Assembly: GCA_964456825.1 (NCBI GenBank)
Contig: CAYWCR010000007.1
Location: 14,155 to 78,154, forward strand
Source of the DNA: an uncultured Bacteroidales bacterium
GTDB taxonomy: Bacteria; Bacteroidota; Bacteroidia; Bacteroidales; UBA10428
Reading direction: 5' to 3'
Length of the DNA: 64,000 nt
Part shown: one piece after another, positions 56,638 through 64,000 of the stretch
Position numbering within the stretch: position 1 is the stretch's first letter
How the letters are laid out: each line of letters starts with the position of its first letter
The notes under the pieces: generated by a model
Told to the model about the DNA's origin: nothing
The model's database searches: none
What the model saw: only the letters and a program-made list of their open reading frames with translations
Translations under genes and position numbers: made by a program

Positions 56638-57861
56638 ATGGTAAAACAGAAACCTGATCCGTCGAGTAATCCATTGATGTACGGAGGGATCCTGCCTCAG
56701 GAAGAAATGCTTTCCGTAGGTAAAAAACATAAAAAGCTGGTGATTGGCATTCCCAGGGAAAACCAGCAGGTTGAGCAGCGGATACCCCTCACACCGGAAG
56801 CTGTTGAAGTGCTTGTGAGCGACGGCCATGAAGTATTTATTGAAGCCAAAGCCGGTGAAGGATCCCGGTATACCGATACCGACTACAGCGAATGCGGGGG
56901 ATTAATCACCGAAACACGGAATAAAATTTTCTCAACTGATATTATCCTGAAAGTATCCCCGCTGGAAACGGATGAAATTGAAATGCTCACCGGTAGCCAG
57001 ATGGTGATTTCCAGTGTTCATAAAAGCCATCTGAAAGAAGAATATGTCAGGGAGCTGATGCATAAAAAGATCACCGCTATTGCCTTCGACCGTATTATGG
57101 ATGAATACGACTGCTATCCGTTTGTTCATTCCATGAGTGCCATTTCGGGTATTTCGGCTGTCATCATGGCCGGGGAATACCTTAGCAATCACAGCGGGGG
57201 CAAGGGCGTGATGCTGGGAGGGATCTCGGGCATTACCCCCACCGAAGTGATCATTATCGGAGCCGGCACGGCAGCTGAATTTGCAGCCAGGGCTGCCCTG
57301 GGACTGGGTGCTTTTGTCAAGGTTTTCGATAATTCCCCGCACAACCTCGAAATGTTGCAGCAAAATCTTGGCCGTCGTTTGCATACCTCTATTTTTCATC
57401 CCAAGGTACTAAGGCGGGCCCTGAAATCGGCCGATGTGCTCATCGGCACTATGCAACTGCAGGATAAAGGGCCACGCTATTTCGTTACCGAGGATATGGT
57501 GCGCGAAATGAAAAAAGGGTCCATCATCATAGACCTCAGCATTGACCAGGGCGGATGCATTGAGACTTCGGAATACCGTACGATGATGGATCCGGTATAT
57601 ACCCGACATGACGTGATTCATTTCTGCGTTCCCAATATGCCCTCCAGGGTGGCCCGCACAGCATCCATCGCCCTCAGCAATATTTTGTCGCCCATTATGG
57701 TCTCCATGGCAGCATCAGGAGGTTTTAAGCCCTTCCTGAAAGCCAATATGGGCGTGAGGGCAGGAGTCTATATGCTGAATGGAATTCTCACCAGTGAATA
57801 TATAGGTAACAGGTTTGGACTGCCTTCCAAGGATATTGACCTGCTGATGGCCGCTTTTTAA
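56638..57861 (+). CDS. ald: Alanine dehydrogenase / PNT-alpha family NAD(H) enzyme
   Basis: Contains IGIPRENQQVEQRIPLTPEAV and a Rossmann loop IIGAGTAAEFAA. Confidence 0.75.
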   Translation: MVKQKPDPSSNPLMYGGILPQEEMLSVGKKHKKLVIGIPRENQQVEQRIPLTPEAVEVLVSDGHEVFIEAKAGEGSRYTDTDYSECGGLITETRNKIFSTDIILKVSPLETDEIEMLTGSQMVISSVHKSHLKEEYVRELMHKKITAIAFDRIMDEYDCYPFVHSMSAISGISAVIMAGEYLSNHSGGKGVMLGGISGITPTEVIIIGAGTAAEFAARAALGLGAFVKVFDNSPHNLEMLQQNLGRRLHTSIFHPKVLRRALKSADVLIGTMQLQDKGPRYFVTEDMVREMKKGSIIIDLSIDQGGCIETSEYRTMMDPVYTRHDVIHFCVPNMPSRVARTASIALSNILSPIMVSMAASGGFKPFLKANMGVRAGVYMLNGILTSEYIGNRFGLPSKDIDLLMAAF

Positions 57862-57898
57862 ATAACACTGTTGCATAAAAAAACATTATTGATCTCAG

Positions 57899-57953
57899 GA
57901 ATAACGAACAAGCCTGCCTGCCGTCAGGCAGGGAACGCTGAATGATGAATAAT
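57899..57953 (+). repeat. GAAnnnn heptamer repeat split by a palindrome (copy 4, 57913-57932)
   Basis: GAATAAC GAACAAG [CCTGCCTGCCGTCAGGCAGG] GAACGCT GAATGAT GAATAAT. The methyltransferase ATG (57942) lies inside the tract. Confidence 0.85.
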
Positions 57954-58712
57954 TTTATCAAAACAGTACCTGCTGCTATGGAATATGACAACATGATCGA
58001 ACTCAGAAGCCGGCTGCTGAAAATTGATGCAGGCACGGTGCTGGATGTTGCCTGCGGCAAAGGTGATTTTCTGAAGTTTGCCCTGAGATCATTCAACAGT
58101 TACCGGATGGCTGTCGGCATTGACGATGATACCCTGTCCCTTAACCAGGCACGCAACAACCTGTATGAGTACCCGGTTTCCTTTGTCATCGGAACAGCCC
58201 TTTCCATGCCTTTTCTCGATGAGTCTTTTTCAACTGTCATGCTGTCCAATGCCCTGCATCATATCGAGGATCATGCAAAGCTTTTTGCTGAAATGAACAG
58301 AATATGCAGGGGTGATGGTATCATTCTCATCAATGAAATGATCAGCGACAGCCTTTCTGAATATCAGGAATCCCATAAGCTATATCACCATTTTATCGCT
58401 GAACTCGATAACCTGCTCGGGCATTATCACCGCGAAACATACTCGGAGAAAGAACTGATCAGCGTGATCAGGGAACACAACCTGAAAGTGGATGAATACT
58501 TTGTTCATGAAGACAATTCAAAAGATTACCTGAACCCTGAAGAGATAAACCGGATAGCGCAAAGGATGAACCAAAAGGTCTCACAGCTGAAAAACAATGA
58601 TTCATATTATCTTTATCTTAACAAAGCCCGCGACATCGAGAAAAAAGTAAGGAAAACCGGTGTGCACAGGCCTCAGCATTTAACCTTTGTCATCAGGCCC
58701 ATCACAACTTGA
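57942..58712 (+). CDS. Class I SAM-dependent methyltransferase
   Basis: Motif I is VLDVACGKGDF and the post-I/II block is FSTVMLSNALHH. The substrate is unknown. Confidence 0.7.
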   Translation: MMNNFIKTVPAAMEYDNMIELRSRLLKIDAGTVLDVACGKGDFLKFALRSFNSYRMAVGIDDDTLSLNQARNNLYEYPVSFVIGTALSMPFLDESFSTVMLSNALHHIEDHAKLFAEMNRICRGDGIILINEMISDSLSEYQESHKLYHHFIAELDNLLGHYHRETYSEKELISVIREHNLKVDEYFVHEDNSKDYLNPEEINRIAQRMNQKVSQLKNNDSYYLYLNKARDIEKKVRKTGVHRPQHLTFVIRPITT

Positions 58713-58741
58713 ATCTTTCTGATAATAAAATCCCGATTGTT

Positions 58742-59368
58742 ATGATGAAAAAACTTCTATTGCCGGCCATCTCTTTGCTTTTTATATCCCAGGCCATGGC
58801 CCAGATCACCGCCGTGACGGAAGAAGGAAAAGCAGTCATCCTGTTTGGCAACGGAACCTGGCGTTACCTGAATGATTCCCTATGGATCTCCAATACGGGC
58901 ATGCAATATTTTTCCACCCCCGAAAATTCCACTCATGTATTAACGGGCAAAGAACCTGCATACGAAATCCGGTACAATGCGGAAAAATGGAAACTGCTGC
59001 CCGATACCCTGTATAAAAATGCTGATTTTTCCCTTGAAAACCATGACGGCGAGGTGATTGCCATGATCATCACAGAAAAAATGCAGGTCCCCCTCCAAAG
59101 GATCAAAGATGCCGCCGTTGAAAATTTTAATAAAACAGGAACGGAGTTTAAGATCACCGAGGAACAGAAACTCAATGTGAATGGCACAGAAGGCTTGTTG
59201 CTGAAAATTGACGCCCTCGTTGACGACATGCCTTTTTCCTATCTCAATGGCTTTTTTTCGACCCCTCAGGGAACTTATCAGCTGATCACCTTTACCGCCT
59301 ACAACCTGTTTGATCAGTACCGCAACGATATGATGGACCTGATCTGTGGCTTTCTGCCCGTAAAATAA
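58742..59368 (+). CDS. Secreted hypothetical protein
   Basis: Signal peptide MMKKLLLPAISLLFISQAMAQ. I recognise no motifs. It overlaps or abuts the methyltransferase gene. Confidence 0.45.
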   Translation: MMKKLLLPAISLLFISQAMAQITAVTEEGKAVILFGNGTWRYLNDSLWISNTGMQYFSTPENSTHVLTGKEPAYEIRYNAEKWKLLPDTLYKNADFSLENHDGEVIAMIITEKMQVPLQRIKDAAVENFNKTGTEFKITEEQKLNVNGTEGLLLKIDALVDDMPFSYLNGFFSTPQGTYQLITFTAYNLFDQYRNDMMDLICGFLPVK

Positions 59369-59400
59369 ATTACTCCACCGCAACAGTGGGGAATTAACCC

Positions 59401-59428
59401 TATCCCGATACGCTTCGCTATCGGGATA
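59401..59428. other. Perfect 10-bp-stem hairpin after the hypothetical gene
   Basis: TATCCCGATA-cgcttcgc-TATCGGGATA, 33 nt after the stop codon. No T-tract follows. Confidence 0.5.
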
Positions 59429-59575
59429 ATTCGGCAAACAGTATTCAGTTCGCCAGTAGGCTCCTGAATGCTGTGCCTCATTAAATAAAACGACATGCGT
59501 TTTAACGGGACGGTTTATTTCCTATATTTATCCTCTTATATTCGATTGTTCTCATAAACCTTAACCCATAAAAAA

Positions 59576-61069
59576 ATGAGTACTCACAACGGCAAGCTTT
59601 CCTTTGGTGAAAAAGTAGGCTATGGATTTGGCGACCTTGGATCTGTTTTATTCTGGCAGACCATTATGGTCTACCTGCTTTACTTCTATACAGATGTATT
59701 TGGACTGACAGCCGCCGCAGCCGGTGTTATGTTTTTCGTATCCAGGGTGTTGGATGCCGTTTTTGATGTGGTAATAGGAATGACGGCTGACCGCACCATC
59801 AGTCGCTGGGGTAAGTTCCGTCCTTATATCCTGTTTGGGGCAGTACCATTGTGCGTTATGGCCATCCTTGCCTTCACAACACCGGAATTCAGTGAGGGCG
59901 GCAAGCTTGCCTATGCCTATATAACCTTCATTTTTTTCATGTTCCTGTATTCCACGGTCAATATTCCTTATACGGCATTGCTCGGTGTCATCAGCGGCGA
60001 TCCGGTGGAAAGGACCAGCGCCTCTTCCTTTAAATTTGTCGGGGCCTACCTGGCCGGTATCATTGTATCAGCCACCGCCTTGCCATTTGCGGCTCATTTC
60101 GGACAGGGCAACGATGCAAAAGGATGGCAAACTACCATGATGTTATACGCCATAGCCGCTTTTCTCTTTTTCATGATCACCTTTCTTTCCACCCGGGAAC
60201 GGATAAAACCAATTGCCAAGGAAAAAACCAACATTAAGAATGATTTAAAGGATATTTCCAGGAATGTACCCTGGATCCTGCTGTTCATCGTAACAATCCT
60301 GTTCATTCTCTTTGTCTGCATCAAGCTTAGCGTCACCGCTCATTACTTTAAATATTACATCGGTGAACAGGTTGTCCCCTGGCTGACACAAATCATCAAT
60401 TTCTTTAGAGAATATTTGCTGAATCCAATTTATAGCCTTGTCGGAAAAAAGGAAGTTGCCCTGCTGGAAGAGTCCCATAAATTCGGATTTGAAATGCTGG
60501 CTTCTTCTTTCAATACCGTCGGACAGATATTCTCCCTGATCGGCGTTGTGCTGATCCCCTATTTCGTAAAACTCAACGGCCGGAAAAATGCATTGACCAT
60601 TCTTTTTGTCATCGCGCTGATCTGCACCGGCTCGTACTTTTTCTTTAAACCCCACAACCTGGTCCTGATCTTCCTTATGCAGGTATTTGGTTCCGTCACC
60701 GGCGGCCCCATCTCCGCACTGTTGTGGGTGATGTATGCCGACACAGCTGACTATTCAGAATGGAAAACCGGAAGAAGGGCAACCGGCCTTGTTTTTTCGG
60801 CCTCTATTATGTCGAACAAACTTGGATGGGCTATTGGCAGCATGATTGCTGGACTGATTCTTGCCACGACCGGCTTTGTCCCAAATGTGGTGCAGAACCT
60901 GCAGGTTCAGAGCGGACTCAGAGCCATGATGAGTGTCATTCCGGTAGCGGCAGGGCTTATCGCACTGATGCTCTTGCTCTTCTTCTACAAACTGGATGAA
61001 CCCACCATGAAAAAGATCAAGGAAGAGCTGGATGAAAGAAGGAAAAAAAGCGGAGTGGAGGTTTCATAA
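59576..61069 (+). CDS. GPH-family (glycoside-pentoside-hexuronide) sugar:cation symporter
   Basis: About 12 TM helices. The N-terminus KLSFGEKVGYGFGDLGS and the block D....G...DRT.SRWGKFRPY are typical of MelB/GPH transporters. Confidence 0.8.
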   Translation: MSTHNGKLSFGEKVGYGFGDLGSVLFWQTIMVYLLYFYTDVFGLTAAAAGVMFFVSRVLDAVFDVVIGMTADRTISRWGKFRPYILFGAVPLCVMAILAFTTPEFSEGGKLAYAYITFIFFMFLYSTVNIPYTALLGVISGDPVERTSASSFKFVGAYLAGIIVSATALPFAAHFGQGNDAKGWQTTMMLYAIAAFLFFMITFLSTRERIKPIAKEKTNIKNDLKDISRNVPWILLFIVTILFILFVCIKLSVTAHYFKYYIGEQVVPWLTQIINFFREYLLNPIYSLVGKKEVALLEESHKFGFEMLASSFNTVGQIFSLIGVVLIPYFVKLNGRKNALTILFVIALICTGSYFFFKPHNLVLIFLMQVFGSVTGGPISALLWVMYADTADYSEWKTGRRATGLVFSASIMSNKLGWAIGSMIAGLILATTGFVPNVVQNLQVQSGLRAMMSVIPVAAGLIALMLLLFFYKLDEPTMKKIKEELDERRKKSGVEVS

Positions 61070-61135
61070 TGCCAACACATCGGTGTGACAGGACTTAATA
61101 GCCTGTCAGGCCTGAATAATCGGAGGAAATATCGT

Positions 61136-63532
61136 ATGCATTTCGGCCATTTTGACGACAAGGAAAAGGAATATATAATCACCAATCCCGACACCCCGGA
61201 ACCCTGGAGCAACTATCTGGGGTCTACCGAATACGGGGCTATTATCACCAACAACGCCGGCGGTTATAGTTTTTACAAGTCCGCTGCCCTGGGGCGTTTT
61301 ATGCGCTTCAGGACAAACACGGTGGAACTCGATCAGCCGGGAAGGTACATCTATATCCGTGACAAAGACTCCGGTGATTACTGGTCAACATCCTGGCAGC
61401 CCGTTGGAAAGACCCCGGAGTCGTATAAAACCACCTGCCGGCACGGAACGGCATATACCATCATTGAATCGGAATATACGGGATTAAGATCCGTAACGAA
61501 TTATTTTGTCCCCCTCGGTGCAACATTCGAATGCTGGCATTGCGTGCTTACCAACAATGGTAAGGCCACACGACGGCTAAGGCTTTTTACTTTCGTTGAA
61601 TACACCAGCAACTGGCACCTCTGGATGGACCTTGTCAACCTGCAATATACCCAGTATATCCTTACCATGGCAGTGCATGATGGCATCATTGACCATGGCA
61701 CCAATGTCTACCTGCCACCCCAGCCTGATAATTTTGAGGAAGGTGGCCAGGCCCGGCATACCTTCCTGGGAGTGTCCGGTGCTGTAATCACGGGTTATGA
61801 CACCGACCGTAAAAAGTTTATCGGCACCCACCGTTCATATTCCAACCCGGTGGCAGTTGAAAAAGGACAGTGCAGCAACTCCCTGGCTTCAGGCGACAAC
61901 GGCTGCGGCACCCTGCAGTTTGATATCGACCTGAAACCCGGAGAGTCAAAGGATTTTACCGTGGTAATGGGCATCGGCCAGGCAGCGCTGGAAGGAAAAA
62001 AAGCCGTTGAAACCTGCCGGCATCCTGATTCGGTTAAAGAGGAATTCAACCGCCTCAGACAATACTGGCATAACCGGTTGCAGGGCTTTACTGCGGTTAC
62101 TCCCGACGCCGATTTTAACAGTATGATCAACATGTGGAACCCTTATAACTGCCTGATGACTTATGCCTGGTCAAGGGCCGCCAGCCTGGTTTATGCCGGG
62201 GAGCGTGACGGACTGGGATACCGCGATTCGGTGCAGGACTTGCTGGGCGTTCTCCACATCATTCCTGAGGAGGCCAAAAAACGTCTTGAGCTGATGATTA
62301 CCGGCCAGACATCGGCCGGAGGAGCCATGCCGGTTGTCAGACCTTACTCTCATAAACCGGGGAAGGAAATCCCGCCCGGGGAAGAAGAATACAGATCCGA
62401 CGACTGCCTCTGGCTGTTTAACGCCATCCCGGCATACGTCAATGAAACCGGAGATATTGCTTTTTACAGTAAAATCCTTCCCTATGCCGATCAGGGAGAA
62501 GATCCCGTATTGGGTCATATGCGAAAAGCCATAGCATTTTCACTGCAGCGTTCGGGAGCTCACGGTCTGCCCTGCGGGCTTGCTGCAGACTGGAATGACT
62601 GCCTGGTACTGGGACACAAAGGTGAATCGGTCTTTGTCGCCTTTCAGCTGCGGTTTGCACTGAGAACCTATATCAATATAACCAGTTACCTTGAACTGAA
62701 ACAGGAGTCTGAATGGGCCTCGGCAGAACTGAAAAAACTTGATGAGAATATTGAAAAGTACGCCTGGGACGGTGAATGGTACCTCCGGGCATACCGTCAG
62801 GATGGCCTTAAATACGGAGCAAAAGGGGATAAAGAAGGGTCATTGTGGCTGAATCCGCAGACCTGGGCTGTACTTAGCGGTCATGCCGATCCTCCGGTTG
62901 CAGAAAAAATCATGGATCATGTGAACAAAAGACTTGCCACTGAATACGGGCTGGTGATCATCGATCCTCCATACCAGAAGGCCGATCTTAATGTAGTAAA
63001 AGCTCCACTGTTCAATACCGGAATGAAGGAAAACGGGGCTATCTTTTGTCATATTCAGGGCTGGGCTGTTATGGCCGAAGCAAAGCTCGGACATGGCAAC
63101 CGGGCCTATGCATATTATCATGCCTTCCTTCCTGCCGCCTACAATGAAAAAGCCGAGGTTCGTGAGATAGAACCCTATGTATACAGTCAGTCCACCCATG
63201 GGAAAACCAGTCCACGTTACGGTGCGTCACGCCTTCCCTGGCTTACCGGGGCCGCCACCTGGGCTTATTATTCAGCCTGCCATTCGATACTGGGACTGCA
63301 GCCTGCCCCTGAAGGAATGGTCATTGACCCATGCATCCCGGCCCGCTGGGATGGCTATACCATGAGCCGGAGGTTTCGCGGAAAAGAACTGAACCTGCAG
63401 GTCGAAAATCCCGCTCACATCGAACATGGTGTTAAACAGATCATCCTAAACCAAAAAACCATACCGGGCAATTACATCCCTGCGGATCAATTGCTGGCGG
63501 TAAACGAGATAAAGGTTGTCATGGGAAAATAA
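61136..63532 (+). CDS. GH94 disaccharide phosphorylase (cellobiose/chitobiose phosphorylase family)
   Basis: The N-terminus MHFGHFDDKEKEYIITNPDTPEPWSNYLG and a length of ~800 aa are characteristic of GH94. Start set at ATG 61136. Substrate not assignable by eye. Confidence 0.8.
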   Translation: MHFGHFDDKEKEYIITNPDTPEPWSNYLGSTEYGAIITNNAGGYSFYKSAALGRFMRFRTNTVELDQPGRYIYIRDKDSGDYWSTSWQPVGKTPESYKTTCRHGTAYTIIESEYTGLRSVTNYFVPLGATFECWHCVLTNNGKATRRLRLFTFVEYTSNWHLWMDLVNLQYTQYILTMAVHDGIIDHGTNVYLPPQPDNFEEGGQARHTFLGVSGAVITGYDTDRKKFIGTHRSYSNPVAVEKGQCSNSLASGDNGCGTLQFDIDLKPGESKDFTVVMGIGQAALEGKKAVETCRHPDSVKEEFNRLRQYWHNRLQGFTAVTPDADFNSMINMWNPYNCLMTYAWSRAASLVYAGERDGLGYRDSVQDLLGVLHIIPEEAKKRLELMITGQTSAGGAMPVVRPYSHKPGKEIPPGEEEYRSDDCLWLFNAIPAYVNETGDIAFYSKILPYADQGEDPVLGHMRKAIAFSLQRSGAHGLPCGLAADWNDCLVLGHKGESVFVAFQLRFALRTYINITSYLELKQESEWASAELKKLDENIEKYAWDGEWYLRAYRQDGLKYGAKGDKEGSLWLNPQTWAVLSGHADPPVAEKIMDHVNKRLATEYGLVIIDPPYQKADLNVVKAPLFNTGMKENGAIFCHIQGWAVMAEAKLGHGNRAYAYYHAFLPAAYNEKAEVREIEPYVYSQSTHGKTSPRYGASRLPWLTGAATWAYYSACHSILGLQPAPEGMVIDPCIPARWDGYTMSRRFRGKELNLQVENPAHIEHGVKQIILNQKTIPGNYIPADQLLAVNEIKVVMGK

Positions 63533-63551
63533 ATCAAATCATCATTATCAT

Positions 63552-64000
63552 ATGAAGATCATTGGAAATGCATTGCCCAACCTTCCCTGGGAAGACCGGC
63601 CTGCCGGAAGCACGGAAATCATATGGCGCTATAGTAAGAACCCTGTTATCGGATGGAATCCCACCCCTTCAACAGCAAGGGTTTACAACAGCGCTGTATT
63701 GCCCTATAACGGTGAATTTGTGGGAGTCTTCCGCGCCGATCACAGGAACGGAAGAGCCAATATTCACTTTGGACGCAGTAAAGACGGAAAAGTCTTTCAG
63801 ATCGATGATCATGTAATTCCCTGGCAGGATGAGAACGGAAAACCCAATCCGGTCAGCTATGCCTATGACCCGCGCTTTGTAAAAATCGACGACTGGTATT
63901 ATGTCGTATGGTGCGATGATATGCATGGAGCATCCATTGGACTGGGCAAAACACAGGATTTCAGAACCTGGATCCGCCTGCCCAATCCCCTGATGCCCTT
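63552..64000 (+). CDS. GH130-family beta-mannoside phosphorylase, C-terminus cut by window edge
   Basis: Not in the ORF track because it has no stop. Hand translation from ATG 63552 is open to the end of the window: MKIIGNALPNLPWEDRPAGSTEIIWRYSKNPVIGWNPTPSTARVYNSAVLPYNGEFVGVFRADHRNGRANIHFGRSKDG... This resembles N-termini of GH130 subfamily-2-like phosphorylases. Confidence 0.7.
   Translation, partial: MKIIGNALPNLPWEDRPAGSTEIIWRYSKNPVIGWNPTPSTARVYNSAVLPYNGEFVGVFRADHRNGRANIHFGRSKDGKVFQIDDHVIPWQDENGKPNPVSYAYDPRFVKIDDWYYVVWCDDMHGASIGLGKTQDFRTWIRLPNPLMP

Overview
This 64 kb window looks like ordinary core chromosome from a member of the Bacteroidota. The phylum call rests on a SusC/SusD pair, several T9SS and gliding components (PorX, a PorW/SprE-like TPR lipoprotein, GldH, and a T9SS C-terminal sorting domain on a GH53 enzyme), and TAnnTTTG-type -7 boxes 20-35 nt upstream of many start codons.

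I call 58 protein-coding genes, one tRNA-His(GTG), several intrinsic terminators and 11 candidate promoter boxes. Two genes are cut by the window edges. One of these, a GH130 phosphorylase at 63552-64000, is missing from the ORF track because it has no stop codon.

The coding content is overwhelmingly housekeeping:
- Proteostasis and replication: lon, ftsH, rsfS, holB.
- Translation and tRNA modification: metG, L31, trmB, tsaE, tcdA.
- Lipid and cofactor metabolism: cdsA, psd, coaD, birA.
- Central and amino-acid metabolism: pgk, proC, cysE/cysK, pyrE, tdh/kbl, ald.
- Cell envelope and sugar metabolism: glmS, glgA, a nucleotide-sugar block, Fe-S cluster carriers.
- A sugar-phosphorylase cassette at the right edge.

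I found no CRISPR array, rRNA, transposase, integrase, toxin-antitoxin pair or recognisable defence genes. I could not identify a convincing novel multi-gene system and do not want to invent one.

The unusual material is non-coding:
- A family of GC-rich perfect palindromes (core CCTGCCTGCCGGCAGGCAGG) occurs four times, always intergenic.
- One palindrome copy sits as a clean 20-nt insertion in a repeat that also exists without it elsewhere in the window.
- Many intergenic regions are built from degenerate heptamer- or octamer-periodic tracts.
- Two further short motifs recur directly after stop codons.
- The tRNA-His 3' end is duplicated exactly 128 bp downstream, resembling an att scar.

All functional calls come from reading motifs by eye; no searches were run.
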